From the human T2T-CHM13v2.0 reference genome, Homo sapiens: DNA of 64,000 nucleotides. The stretch is taken from assembly GCF_009914755.1 (NCBI RefSeq), contig NC_060935.1; one strand, written 5' to 3'. Below, piece after piece: positions 14,221-27,359 of this stretch (the first letter of the stretch is position 1; every line of letters begins with the position of its first letter). The notes under the pieces were generated by a model. It ran no database searches. It was not told where the DNA came from and saw only the letters and a program-made list of their open reading frames with translations. The position numbers and the translations under genes were made by a program.

Positions 14221-14748
14221 TTGTTTATTCTATATTTTTGAAGACGATTTTTCTTCTTATAATCCTATTTGTCTTCATTAAAATTAAGATTAAATGTCAA
14301 TATCCTCCAGTCAATTCTCAGTAACAATTCTTCTTACTGTGAGTTGCATCTAGTTTTAAATATTTAGAGTATCTTATTTTATTCTATTTATCTCTCCAAA
14401 ATAGATCTTGAGCTCCTTTTTAGTAGGTAAAAGACATGTCAGCTCAAACGGCAAGTATTACTTACTCTTCCACAAATGATGGTAATAATATTTTATAGAC
14501 CATAGAGATAGTTCTTCCTCCTCAACTGATTATCTATGTGACTTTGAGAAAGTTACTTAAACTTTCTGTTTCAGTCTATTCAACCTACAAGAAGGACAGT
14601 AATGTATTATGTAGCTCAAGAAGTGTCATATAGCTCACATGAAATAATAAATGTGAAAACCCTTTACAAAACAAGTGTAAGTATGTTGATTTTTTTTTTA
14701 GTGGTGGTAGATTTAGGTAGGCCATTTCTTTTCTATTCTCACATATAG

Positions 14749-15190
14749 TATTTAAACAGTTTAGGTACACAGTGTAAGTTTATTTTACATATAAACTTAA
14801 TAGATCCATGTGCATATTAAATCTTAACTCATCATTACCCTGCTCTTATCAACCAAGCTAATTAAACCAGCAATTATTGTCAAAATGATAAATGGATTTA
14901 TGTAATCTATATACTATTTGTATTATATTTAGCCAGTATTCCCTTCTCCAAAAGAGGATTGGAGAAGTATCACAAGGAATTCTGGGAAACGCAAAAGTGG
15001 GTAATATTAAAATTGTATAAAGGAAATATATAGGTATATAATTCATTTATCCATTTGCAAAATGCTGTGAAAATAAATGGGGATAAATTATGTATTACAC
15101 ACATTTGGCCTTTGTTCATATTTTCATTTAAATTATTCTGAATACAAAAATTATGCATAATCCTTAAAAGTTTGATCTCCAAATTTTAAC
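14749..15190 (+). pseudogene. large pseudo-exon (3' end uncertain)
   Basis: tttcttttctattctcacatatag acceptor, phase 0 matches previous; one frame: LIDPCAY*ILTHHYPALINQAN*TSNYCQNDKWIYVIYILFV...KRGLEKYHKEFW...NSFIHLQNAVKINGDKLCITHIWPLF. Confidence 0.6.
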
Positions 15191-15471
15191 CTACCTTGCA
15201 ATAAACAAAATACCATATATATATTAAGTCAAGCAAGACTAATTTGCTAAGGAGGAGAAAATAAAGGCTATAATCACAATAATATTTTATAGCAATTCAG
15301 AAGTTAGGGTTCTAAACACAAATAGTATTAAATCAACACCCAATCCTTGTTGATGAACATTTTCAGGGGAAAAATGATCTATAAATACTTTATTATTTTC
15401 TGTATTGCTTAATCTCCATGAAATGTCCATATTTATTTACAATGAGAGAACTTTAAAGAGAAAGAATACAC

Positions 15472-15755
15472 TTTTTATTTTTTTTAAGCTGGGGTCTCAT
15501 TCTGTCACCCAGACTAGGGTGCAGTGGCATGATCAAGACTCACTGCAGCTTTGACCTCCTGGACTCAATTGATCCTCCCACCTCAGCCTCCCAAGCAGCT
15601 GAGACTACAGGCACGTGCCACCACATCTAGCTAATTTTTGTACTTTTTGTAGGGATGGGTTTTCACCATGTTTCCCATGCTGGTCCTGAACTCCTGGGCT
15701 CAAGCAATCCATGTACTTTGGACTTCCAAGTGCTGGGATTAAAGGCATGAGTCGA
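15472..15755 (-). mobile_element. Alu (AluJ-like)
   Basis: antisense diverged Alu. Confidence 0.93.
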
Positions 15756-16230
15756 TGCATTAAGCACTATATTGAGGACAAAATAAAAAGAAGCATGATA
15801 TTTTGTCATATGTGAGATACTATGTAAATATAATATTTTAAATATAAATTGACATTGTGCTTGCTTTCCAACCCTAAGACTTAAACTGTTTTGTTATTAA
15901 TGCATCTTTCAGTATCTTTGAATAGGTCAGGACACAATTAAAACCAAAACAGAAAGTTTCTTTTTACTTTCATGTAAGTATGATGATTAAGGTGACATAT
16001 AATTAGTGGGCTCTTTACTGAAAGAGAGATTGTTTATAAAAGCAAAGACAGCTGAAGCAACCTTTTTCTGCTATATTTACAATTCTAATGTTAATTATAA
16101 TGGAATATCCAAATATAAAAAGTGGTGTCATTAAGAGAAAAGAAAGATTTCAGAAAATTAGTCTGAAAAGAATTCCAGAGGCAAAGCTCCATATATTTTA
16201 GTTTTATAATTTTATTTCTGAAATGTGCAG

Positions 16231-16524
16231 CTAAATTTACTTGTTTTCTAAAAGAAAGAAGCTTTCAGGAGCAATGGCATGATTTTGTAATGAAGGACAG
16301 ACCACATCTATCACAAGAAATTATGAATAATATGTTTTTGAGAGAGCAGCTTACAACAGATTAGAACTTCTGCTGTCCTTTTCCCTACCAGGACAACAAT
16401 TTTCCATGCTGAGCTGCTGATTGTGATTATTTATTAAAGGGACATTATAATATTTTATTTCTCCTCTGATATTTCCTAACATAGAAATATTTGTGGACTA
16501 ACACTATAATTTACAGAATAAACT
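16231..16524 (+). pseudogene. pseudo-exon (alternative start 16255; end uncertain)
   Basis: KERSFQEQWHDFVMKDRPHLSQEIMNNMFLREQLTTD*NFCCPFPYQDNNFPC*AADCDYLLKGHYNILFLL*YFLT. Confidence 0.65.
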
Positions 16525-16679
16525 GTATTGATTAAAAACTACAGAGACCTATTGTGTCATTTATTTAATCACAGAAAGCCATGTTTTCATCCTTAAATAA
16601 CATCATGGTGAAGCACTTCATTTTATATATTGTAGAAATTCAATGACAGATGCTAACATATTTATATGTTAATTTTTAG

Positions 16680-16762
16680 GAGGAAATATTTTATGGAATG
16701 ATTTATACAAGATAACACAGAATGGAATAACTTTCCAGCCATTCATGCCAATAAAAACAATA
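16680..16762 (+). pseudogene. pseudo-exon (frame uncertain)
   Basis: aatttttag / ATA|gtaggg; RKYFME*FIQDNTEWNNFPAIHANKN or open GNILWNDLYKITQNGITFQPFMPIKTI. Confidence 0.55.
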
Positions 16763-17074
16763 GTAGGGATTTAATAGTATTAAACATCATGCTTCATATT
16801 TTTGATTGGGTAATATAAATATTTTTATATTACATTTAAAAAGTATGTAGTCTTTTATGCGCCCTTTAAGGATTGTAAATATATTCATATTTGAGCATGT
16901 TCTCTTGTATCAAATACGTACTAAAAAGGGCCTTTTAAAATAAATGGTTCATCAGTGAGATAAGTGACTTTATTATAAACTGACTTTTGCTAATTTTAAA
17001 GGTTTTCATGTTGTTTTTCTTTCATCTTTTTGGCAACTGCTTTCTCCTCAGTTTTTTTACAGCTTTGATATTGA

Positions 17075-17492
17075 TAAAATAAAAACTTTAGTTAGCACAG
17101 TTTATTTGAGCAAAAAAAAAATTCATGAATTGGGCAGCCCTCAGAACCAGAAGAGACTGAGACAACTCTATCTAATCAGCAAGGTGGGCAGGCAATATTT
17201 ATAGACAGAAAAAGTAAGTGAGGTACAGAAACAGCTTGATTGGTTACAGCTCAGTGTTTGCCTTATTTGGGCATGGTATGGTAATGAATATGCCTTATGT
17301 GAAAATGATGTGATCTGTTGGCAGCTAAGCATTGTCTGAAACTCAGCTGCTATGATTGACTGAAACTCAGCTATTTGTTACAAGATTATACTCTTAAGTT
17401 AGCTTGCAGTTTTCATAATTAATTATGTTGTGGGTTGCTATGTAGGGATTCAAAGTACAGAAGCAGCTTTAAGCCAAATGTAATTTAATATA
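17075..17492 (-). mobile_element. ERV1 solo LTR, MER57-like
   Basis: minus strand begins tattaaattacatttggcttaaagctgcttc with repeated cagctgagtttcag/CAAT motifs as recalled for MER57. Confidence 0.7.
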
Positions 17493-18207
17493 ATTATATC
17501 TTTATTTGCTATGTAGCCATCTTTTTTTATTTCTACTCTTCTCTCCATTCATTCTGGAAAATGAATGGAGCACAAGATTATTAAAATAATGTAATGCTAT
17601 GTATATATGACCAAATTTAATATAAAATTATGTTTTTTTAAATATTCACAACTTTCTACTTCTCAAACCCTTCTATCCTCAATTTTAAAGAACAGTAAAA
17701 TCATTTGTATGAGAGAGTTTTAGAACTAGTAAGTTACACTTGACTTTTGAGACTCAGTTCATAATGAGTAATAAGGAAAATGGCAGAGAAATGCTGATCA
17801 GTTAGTTTCTCAATAATCATTAGAGGTATTGTCAGGATTTTATCTATGGTCTAAATTTCCAAATGTTTAACAAATAAGGATGAACATTTTAGCTACTCTT
17901 GAGACCAACGAATGCATTAACTTTAGCCTCATTAGATCCCAAGTTCATACCACTGCAGTGTGTGGGGTTACAAATCTTGTGTGTCATCAACAAGGCCTGA
18001 GGATGTCCACATGGGCAGGACAGGAAGAGCAGAAAAAGACTTCTGAAAAAAGAAGGAAAGAAGGCAAATGAGAAAAGGGGAAGATGAGAGACTTAAAAAA
18101 TGCAAGGGGTTCCAAATTTTATTGAATAATATGAAAGAAATGTTTTCAAAGAAAAGAATCTTTATAAAAATTGCTAGTTTTTAGTTGATTGCATTTCTTT
18201 TGTGAAG

Positions 18208-18362
18208 AATAGAGGCTTATTATTTTAGAATACTAGATGTATAAAATCATAATTATGAAGGTTCACATATACCACAACTGTCATACGTTACAACACAGGA
18301 AGATTATTTTAAAGAAGCAAATCAACAAAACTGTTGGCAACAGCTTAGCAACTTCTAACAAA
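18208..18362 (+). pseudogene. pseudo-exon (end uncertain)
   Basis: tttcttttgtgaag acceptor; IEAYYFRILDV*NHNYEGSHIPQLSYVTTQEDYFKEANQQNCWQQLSNF* (cf. recalled NQIGKFSFYTKEAILK). Confidence 0.6.
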
Positions 18363-19698
18363 GTGAATTGCTAATTGTGACTTCTTGATCTCCTTAAATT
18401 TGGTTATAATTAAAAGTATATTCTTATTATTTACAAAATCCCACACTGCTTCTATCTATGGATGTCCCTCCTATAGGGTCACACATTTCTACAACTGGTC
18501 ATAAAGTCTCAATTTTTTTTTAAGTAAATATTTGATCACACACACAAAAAAATGTATGAGAAAGTGAGGTTGTCTTTTACATAAGTAATAGTAAATATTA
18601 CCTGGTGTCTTGCAGAATAAATTAAGATAATTTGGGATACACAACCTATATATGTATCTCCCTCACCTTAATAAAGGAGGCCAGGAGTATTGTATATTGC
18701 TATTCACTTAGATCTTTAGAGCTTATTATGATACCTGGTAAATAATTAGTGTTCAATAAAAATTTAATGAACAAATAAAAAAAAGATAATGACTCACAGG
18801 TTAAGTGAATAATTTTGAATGTCCATGTTTTAAATGTAACCTTATTAAAAACTTTGTTTGAAATGTATTTCTTTTCCTTTGGTGACAATTTACATGTTAA
18901 ATTTTAGGAAGTACAACAAAGTTTATACACTAAATATTATTTTAAATCACAAATGACTGTAATTTTTATTATATTTATTTGCCAGTGTTTGGGCTAGGTT
19001 CACAGCTCATTTGAAATCATATATTTACATTATTTGGTATGTCAGTCTTATAAAATGCCTGCTTAGGCTTTTTAACATATCAAATAACATATCATGTATT
19101 TTTTATCTAAGGAACATGCAAATCTTTGTTGAAGATTCTCATAGAAGTAAAATATATCACAAATGTTGACAACTATATTTTTTCTTAGTAGAGCAATAAT
19201 AGTAATCCAAGACTTATGAACTACAAATAAATATATTACATATAAATAATTGTAGTTCATTTTGCCTTTTCCTTAAAATTGTGATTGAAGAAAATAATAA
19301 TTAATTGCATTATTCAAGAATTTGTATCACATCTTTATTTTGAAGAATGGTGTAATAAGGTGAAATTTCAGAAAGTTGTAATAAATTCTCATGTTTTATT
19401 AATCTAAAATATGAAAAAGATAAAGATTTAGTAAGAATATTTTTGTTGTGAAAAAAATAGCAGTCGTATTCAATTCTATTTTAAAGTTAAGGATAGTGCT
19501 TTACCTTAAATTTAAGATGTTAGAGACCAATTTCCTTGTGGTTTGGGATTAACTTTTCTTCTCCTATATCCCTAGGCCTAGTCATGTAGAAGAAACATTA
19601 AATTCAGGATACCTCATAAGTAGATTGAAAGGATATTATTGAAAAATTGGTTTTGAAAGGTCTTAAGTAAGAAATTAATGTTTTCTTTCTTACTGAAG

Positions 19699-19870
19699 TA
19701 TGAAACAAAGTAAGTGTGAGAGAGAAACAGAAATAAAAAATGAAGCTTATATTACAAGTATTAAAAGGATGGATATTTTTCCCTCAGAAAACGGGATCAG
19801 GGTTCAATGACAAAAATATTTATACTTATTTAGAAGCAAAAATCATTGCTCTTGAATTTTTATCAATTAG
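19699..19870 (+). pseudogene. pseudo-exon (may extend 3')
   Basis: ttttctttcttactgaag / TAG|gtattt; MKLILQVLKGWIFFPQKTGSGFNDKNIYTYLEAKIIALEFLSIR. Confidence 0.6.
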
Positions 19871-20180
19871 GTATTTGATAATGGAAATTCCAGAAGGTGC
19901 CTTTAGTTGAATGTTTTATGAAAGGATTAAAGCGCCTGCTTTGTCAACTTTTTTTTTAAGGTCTCCTTTTTTAAGTATCCTAGAAAGATAGATAGGTTAG
20001 GCATGTCATGTGTGTGTACATGCATTTGTGTGTGCATGCACTCTTGTGTGTGTGATAGGGATGGAGAGAAAATGAGAAAGAGTTGAGAGGATTATTCTTT
20101 AAATCATGTTATACTCAGACAGCTGTCTTCATAGAAATATGATACTTTAATTAAAATTAGCATTCCCTTCTTGTCTTCAG

Positions 20181-20353
20181 TATACCTTGATAACAAAAAT
20201 CCTTTTAGATTTTTGGTTGAGAAAGATAGACAATAGTGTGAAATTTGTAGCCATGAGTATATTTTGAATATTTTCCGGTAATACAGTGTATCTTACTGGG
20301 CAGAAATGACTATAAAAGGAAGAAAATGTATATCAAGAAAAGGAAATGACAAG
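20181..20353 (+). pseudogene. pseudo-exon
   Basis: cccttcttgtcttcag / AAG|gtgtta; YTLITKILLDFWLRKIDNSVKFVAMSIF*IFSGNTVYLTGQK*L*KEENVYQEKEMTR (cf. recalled YALRGQII...NTFFMVGQ). Confidence 0.7.
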
Positions 20354-20387
20354 GTGTTATTATTTTGAATTATAGTGTGAAATATTT

Positions 20388-20775
20388 GGGAACCAACCCA
20401 AATGCCCATCAATGTTAGACTGGATAAAGAAAATGTGGCACATATACACCATGGAATACTATGCAGCCATAAAAAAGAATGAGTTCATGTCCTTTGCAGG
20501 GACATGGATGAAGCCGGAAACCATCATTCTCAGCAAACTAACACAGAAACAGAAAACCAAACACTGCATGTTCTCACTCATAAGTGGGAGGGGGACATCA
20601 CACACCGGGGCCTGTCAGGGGATGGGGGCAAGGGGAGGGATAGCATTAGGAGAAGACCTAATGTAGATGACGGGTTGATGGGTGCAGCAAACCCCCATGG
20701 TACGTGTATACCTATGTAACAAACCTGCACGTTCTGTACTTGTATCCCAGAACTTAAAGTATAATAATAATACAA
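20388..20775 (+). mobile_element. 5'-truncated L1PA 3' end
   Basis: DWIKKMWHIYTMEYYAAIKK and L1PA 3' UTR ending cttaaagtataataataa. Confidence 0.95.
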
Positions 20776-21119
20776 AGTAATGAAAAAGTAGTAGGAATAT
20801 TGATATTGGAGAAATAATGACAGCTCAACTTTAATGTTCAGTTGATTCTAACACTACCTCTTGTAATTAAATGTATTTCCTTTTTCTATTTAATGGTAAA
20901 AATCTACAGTCATTATGATAATAAGCTTGCACCCACATCAACTTTTCATTTTACACTTTCTATAATATTTGAACAATATGATTCACCAATTTTCTGTTTA
21001 TAGTATAGCAACTTAAGAACTTTTAAAAAATATTCATGAGACATTTTCAATAAGATTCATTTATAGCTTCATTTAGACCTGTGTCTCATCATATCTTTGT
21101 TGTCTCCATTTAAATTTAT

Positions 21120-24020
21120 AATATTCCATTACCATTATATAACACCCTTCTTTGTCTTTTTTGACCATTGTTGATTTCAAGCCTGTTTTGTCTGAAATTG
21201 GAATAGCAACTTCTGCTTTTTTCTGTTTTCCATTTGCTTGACAGATTTTTCTCCATCCCTTTACTTTGAGCCTATGGGTGTCATTGCATGTGAGATGGAT
21301 CTCTTGAAGACAGCATACCACTGAGTTTTACTATTTTATTCAACTTGCTATTCTGTGCCTTTTAATTGAAGCGCTTAGCCCGTTTACCTTCAAGGTCAAT
21401 AGTGATATGTGCAGATTTGATCCTGTCATCATATTGTTTAGCTTGTTATCATGCCAGACTTCATTGTGTGGTTGCTTTATAATGTCAATGGTCCATGTAC
21501 TTAAATGTGTTTCTGTGGTGATTGGTAATGGTCTTTTTTTCCAAATTTAGGACCTTTTAAGAACTTCTTTTAAGGCAGGTCTGGTGCTAATGAATTCCTT
21601 TAGCATTTCCTTGTCTGAAAAGGTCATATTTATTTTTTGCTTATGAAGCTTAGTATGGCTGGATATGAAATTATTGGTTGAAATCTCTTTTCTTTATAAA
21701 TGCTGCATCTAGGCCTCCAGTCTCTTCTGGCTAGTAGTGTTTCTGCTGAAAGTTCTGCTGTTAGCCTGGTGGGGTTCCCTTTGGAGGTGACCTGCCCCTT
21801 CTCTCTAGCTGCCTTTAACATTTCTTCTTTTGTTTTGACATTGGAGAATCTGATGACTATGTGTCTTGGGGATGGGCTTCTTGTATAGTATCTCATAGGG
21901 ATTCTCTGCATTTCCTGAGTTTGAATATTGGCCTCTCTAGCAAGGTTGGGGAAATTTTCATGAATGATATCCCGAAACATAGTTTCCAAGTTGGTTGCTT
22001 TCTTTCTTCTTTCAGTGAATTGTAGATTTGGTCTTTATACATTATCCCATATTTCTTAAAGGGTTTGTTCATTCCTTTTATTCATTTTTTAAATTTTTTG
22101 TCAGATGGAGTTATTTTAGATAACTGGTCTTTGAACTCTGAGATTCTTTCCTCAACTTAGTTGATTCTGCTGTTAGTATTTGGTGATTGTACTATAATAT
22201 CCTTGAAGTGAGTTTTCAGCTCTATCAGATCAGGTTTTTTTTTTTTTTTCTTAAAATAACCATTTTGTCTTTCAGCTCCTGTATTGTTTTATTGTATTCC
22301 ATAGATTCCTTGGATTCGGTTTCTACTTTCTCCTGAATCTTGATAATCTTCATTTCTATCTATATCACAAATTGTATTTCTGTCATTTCAGCCACTTCAG
22401 GCAAGTTAAGAACCATTGCTATTTCTGGGGTATGAGTGCAGTTGTTTGGAGGTGAGAAGACACTCAGGATTTTTGAGTTGCTAGAGTTCTTGCATTGGTT
22501 CTTACTCCTCTATGTGGCCTGATGTTCCTCCAATATTTGAAGTTACTCCCCTTTGAATGGCTTTTTTTTTTTTTTTTTTTTGCTTTTCTCTCCTTTGATG
22601 CTCTTATTTGGTATAAGGTGATTTCAGCTGACTGGCTTTATTTCTAGGACATTTAAGGGGATAAGGCTTAGCTCAGTACTCCTGGGCTGCATCCTCTAAC
22701 TCTGGGGAGTTGGTAATGTGCTCTTGGCTTTGTTTTCTGGCCCCTAGAGGTTAGGAATCTGTTGCATTGGAGGGTCTGAGGTGTTCCCCATCTGCTGACG
22801 AAAACACTCCGATGGATTGTGCCAGCCAAAGCCTTCACCAGGGTGCTGGCAGGATGATCTGTGCTTGCTTGCATGTGCCAGCAATTGTGACACTGTAGTG
22901 GGGTACAAGCACATTTCCTGTGGTGGGGAAGCAGCAGGAGCAGGGTACAGTGTTCCTGCACATGCTCACTCCAGCGGCATGGTATGGGTGGGTTATGGTT
23001 GCCAGTGTCTATGCTTGCACTTGCACCAGTGGCAGCCATGGCACGGTTGAGACACAGGTTATCACTTGAGACACCAGTTGTTGCGGGGCTGCTGGCCTCC
23101 ATGCATGCATGCACATTGGCAGCAGTGGCAGCATGGAGAGACAAGGCTGATGGCATCTGTGTGCCTGTTTTTGCCAGCAGTGGCAGCCTGGCTAGGTTCC
23201 CGTGTTTGAGCATCTGAGGTGATGGGTGGCAAGGAGCACTCACACATCCATGCTGGTGGGGGAGGGAAGGCAAGGATGACCTGTGCATGTGTGCTGACAA
23301 AGTGGTGTGGAGGTGGCCATGACCAAGTGCCTACCAACAAAGCTGTGCAGGGGAGGCTGTGGTAGAAGGAAGGTGTGAGTAGACACACATTGGTTGGGGC
23401 CAGTCTGCTGGAGCTCTCTGATAGCCAGGTGCTGTCTGCTGTAATAGGTGCTCTGCCGAGGACCTCCAGGAAGCACCCAGGTTGGACATCTGAGGCTACA
23501 AGTGGGCATGGCCAAGGTGGGGCCTTGGGAGAGGATAGCAGACAGGGATCACTCAGATCAGACTGGCTCCATCACATGTGCAGAACCACCCTACTCTGTC
23601 CAGGCCTGGTGGTCACCCTCAGGCTAAAGTCTCCTAAAGAAGCATGAAAACCCTTGGGAGACTGGAGTCCCTGGCTGTGCTCCACTACAGACGGTCCTGC
23701 TCCACGTCCAGACAGTAGCAGAATCAGGCTGGAGTTCTGATTCTGCTACCTATCTAAGCAGCTCCCTCTGCCAACCCAAGTGTCTGTAGGGGTTGTGGGG
23801 TCTCCTGCTACCAGGATCCATGAGGTTCATTGTGAGAGCATGCCACTCCTCAGCTGTTCAGCTCTCCGCTTCCCCTGGAGTTGCAGGAGGCCAGGAAGAG
23901 TTCCTGGTGCTTGGTAGCCTTGTGCAGGATACCCAGCTATTTCCCCCTTCCGCCCAGCATCTGTGTCCTCGCTCCATTTACTTTCAATGCCTTCTCTTTG
24001 AAGATTTGCTCAAAGTGTGC
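21120..24020 (-). mobile_element. LINE-1 (L1PB-like) 5' half: 5' UTR, ORF1, start of ORF2 endonuclease; 3'-truncated
   Basis: ORF1p (IIHENFPNLAREANIQ, PRHIVIRF) and EN (CCLQEIHL...GWRKICQANG) fragments; GC-rich 5' UTR. Confidence 0.93.
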
Positions 24021-24125
24021 ATTTAAAACATTTTTAAAAATCTAGTTTCACTTTCAGTCTTATCACTTTTAATTTCTTTGCTGCACTTTTGCTGCTTTAC
24101 TCTCTTGATTAACTATTTTGTAAAG

Positions 24126-24354
24126 TGTCATATGAGTGTATTACTGGGGAATAAACAGATAACACAACTACACGCTTTGCTGTTTGTATGTGAACTAACA
24201 GATGTGCAGTGACCAAACACTGGCAGATTCTGAAAGAAGTGATGCGATTGGTCATTGATCATGATGTTCCTATTATTTGCATTATAATTTGTGGAATGGA
24301 GTGTTAGCAGCAAAGTTTATGCTTTGTTCAATTTTTTATAGTTGATATACTGTG
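24126..24354 (+). pseudogene. pseudo-exon with frameshift (module copy 1)
   Basis: CHMSVLLGNKQITQLHALLFVCEL then KHWQILKEVMRLVIDHDVPIICII (cf. recalled FKALKRTLQLIAPLHDIVAYL); GTG|gtaact donor phase 2. Confidence 0.65.
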
Positions 24355-24639
24355 GTAACTGAAATTTAAATTTTATTGTTGCTAGGCTGGCATCATTTAA
24401 CTTAAAAAAAAAAACTAGTAAGTGAAGCCCATCCATATTGGTAGCAGGCAATAAAAAGACTACTTGCCCTACAAAGTCACAATGATGACAATAACATTCA
24501 AGAATAAAGAAATATGTCAACTGAACAGAGTCAAGACAGTGACACATATGTATATAAATCAAAATTAAGCTACAAATGAAGTGACACTTTAAATCAGTGG
24601 GCAGACATAACCTGGTCATCAAATAATATTAGGAAATCT

Positions 24640-25330
24640 GTACCAAAGAGGAAGAACGACTATATTATACTCTTCTAGGGAATAATTTACACAATAATTA
24701 ATAATACAAGCTAGGATAAAACCTAGAATAATTTGAAAGAAAATGTAGACAAATATTTTTATGATCTTTGCAATAAAAAGTTCTCAATAACCAAAAAACA
24801 ACCCCAAAACAATGCCTAGATACCTGATCATGAAGGAAAGACAGATTTAACTATATAAAATGAATCATTTCTTTATTATATCAGATAAGTGACAGACTAT
24901 ATTACAGAAAAAGAAATGTCATTAATAATAAAAAGATTGTATAAAATACAGTAAGAAAAATCTTATAAGTTGATTAAGAATGTGCAAGAGAAACAAATAA
25001 GAAATTTGCAGAAAAAGAAATATGGATGGCTAATCTTTGAATAGATTTTTAAACTCATTAGTAAATCAGAAAACATCAATTAAAACAATAATTAAAACAA
25101 TAATTGGATTTTTTTATCATCGAAGTAGCCAAAGTAAAAGATTAATTATCACTCATTTTAAAGAAGGTGCACAGATAACTGGCATTCTTATGCTCTGCTA
25201 GTGAGAGTATTAGTTTATAAATAAAGCCTTTTTAGAACATTCATGACATCATTAAAATTTTTAGCTTATATATATTTTGCCTAGAAATTCCACCTTTAGG
25301 ACTTTCTCTACAAAATTAATTGTGCTTATA
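24640..25330 (+). mobile_element. ancient L1M(E) ORF2 3' fragment
   Basis: degenerate L1 3' motifs (ggcattcttatgctctgctagtgagagt, cctagaaattccacctttagg). Confidence 0.6.
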
Positions 25331-25524
25331 CCTAAGACAAAAGTATACTGCAGACTACAAATACCAAAATTAGCATTTCATCCTATAATTTTTTTTATAT
25401 ATCTGTTAACCTTTTTCTCAAACTAGGCTTTTTCATCATCCTGGCCTATCTGAGGTTAATATATGCTTTGTCAATATTGTTCTTTTCAGTCAAACATCTT
25501 CTAATTATATGTCTACACATATAG

Positions 25525-25616
25525 TTTATTCAAGAAAACCATCAAAAGTGATGTGGATAGTATTACAATGTGCACAGTGCTCAAATATAATGCAATATTT
25601 TTTAAACAAATCTCAG
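25525..25616 (+). pseudogene. pseudo-exon (stronger acceptor at 25489 also possible)
   Basis: phase 2 in, 1 out; LFKKTIKSDVDSITMCTVLKYNAIFFKQIS open; CAG|gtgtat. Confidence 0.65.
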
Positions 25617-25903
25617 GTGTATAATACTGTGTTTCAATAACAGCATTTAATGGAACTGTATACAGAGTATAACTGAGAGTGTTTGGAAGGGATAATTGTT
25701 GCCACTAATTAACAACGGTAATGGTGAAAAGTTATTCTTCACTACTTTTATTTTCTCATTTCTAAAACAAAAATAATAAAACCTTGCATGCATGATTTTT
25801 TAAAGATTGAATAATATTTATAAAGTGGTAAGTTTTGGTGATGATAAGTAGCAATTGCTATTTTTTATCTTAAAAGTCATTGGGTTACAGTATATATAAA
25901 CAG

Positions 25904-25979
25904 ACTTTGCCTATGTAAATGATCGTTTCTATTATAAATTGGTGCACCTTCAAGATAGAGAAGTATTTTTAAGGGAAAT
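25904..25979 (+). pseudogene. pseudo-exon (alternative in-frame start 25955)
   Basis: phase 1 matches; DFAYVNDRFYYKLVHLQDREVFLRE open; AAT|gtaaga. Confidence 0.65.
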
Positions 25980-27306
25980 GTAAGAAAATATGTATTTTGA
26001 TTTTTAATAGCCTTGACAAAAATCTCCTCATAAATCATTTTTATTCTAGTAATTTCTTTTAAGAAACTATCCTGTTATATAGACTTCTGTGAAAAATCAG
26101 TATATGCATTTCCTCATTTATATTTTCCAGTAATTGAATTGCTTTTAAAACCCTCACAGCAATTTTTATTAGTGTAAATCACTGCATTTAACTATTTTTA
26201 TCTTTTTGAGCTCATTTTTGGTATACACATGTGCAGCAGAGCAAAAAAATTGATATCAAGTTGTATATAAATACCATATATTAGAACAAGTGCAAATATA
26301 TATCCTAGTAGATTTTTAAAAACAATGTTTTGGTAAAAATATACCTATACTGGAAATTGGGATAAGAGGACATTAAGGTTTGACACTCCTTTAAAATAAT
26401 TAAAGCAAAAACTTCCATGTCTCTATGTTAACTTTATATATCTTAAGCTACATTTCTCAGTATGATTAGCTTGAGAAATATTTCATTTCAGCTTGACAGA
26501 CTACTACTCACTACCTATTACCTGTTCTAAACATAGAAGATAAAAAAGAAAACAAAAGAAAAACAAATTCCTGGTTTCAGAATTCTTGAAGTAGCAAGGC
26601 AGATGGATAAATAAATAATTAAGAAACTGAGTGGCATATGCTGAAACTGAGGTTTGTACAGGGCACAGTGTTGGGAAAAGGGAGTGGTAATCAACTATAC
26701 ATGGAGAAGTTAGGGAAAGCTTTCTATGTATTTAATTCACTACCTTTGTGTTATGCTAAATAATCATCTCACACTCCTTGATTAAAGTCAAATAGACATA
26801 ATGTATCTAGACAGTGACTAGGCAAGGAATTGAACCAATATTAAAGAAAATTAATTTGTGGGCATGAATTTTAGAGTCATGTACTCACCTGTCCACCTCA
26901 CCTCTCTCTCCAATTTTGTGTCTTGTTTGGTATGTAAATTTCACATGTTCAAAACCGAGCTCTTGACATTCCGCTCCTGAACTTACTGCTTTGTATTCCT
27001 CTGACTTCCAAAATGATCTTTCTGTATGTCAGGCAAAGAACCATAGGGTCTTTGCAAGTATGCTTCATGTGCCTGAAATGTTCGTGTCTTGGATATTCAC
27101 AGCTCTCTCCCTCTCTCGTATAGTTATTCTTGTTTTGCTTACCTCTGTTTTCTGGGCTACGTTTTATTTTTATGTTGTTATCATTTATTTTATTCCTTAT
27201 TATTTCTACTTTAGAAAATGCCTTTGAGATATCTGTTTTATTAATTGGCATACATTTTGCTTTTCCTGAATTTTTTGACTGTTTAATTTTTTTGCATATA
27301 ACAAAG

Positions 27307-27359
27307 GAAACCCCAGTATTAAAAACACGATTAAAATTCCCAAATGAAATGAACGCGAG
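27307..27359 (+). pseudogene. 53-nt pseudo-exon
   Basis: ttttttgcatataacaaag / GAG|gtacct; ETPVLKTRLKFPNEMNAR open; retains three CpGs; phase 2 out. Confidence 0.7.

Noticed and set aside
22668-24026. Cluster of GC-rich ORFs including a 210-aa ORF (also 10922-11626)
   Set aside because: Inside L1 5' UTR sequence; stop-poor because GC-rich; no recognisable domain.
26050-26172. Extra exon candidate ISFKKLSCYIDFCEKSVYAFPHLYFP (also 19319-19359, 42482-42581, 55827-55928)
   Set aside because: Phases do not match neighbours or signals are weak; could be real but not supportable by eye.
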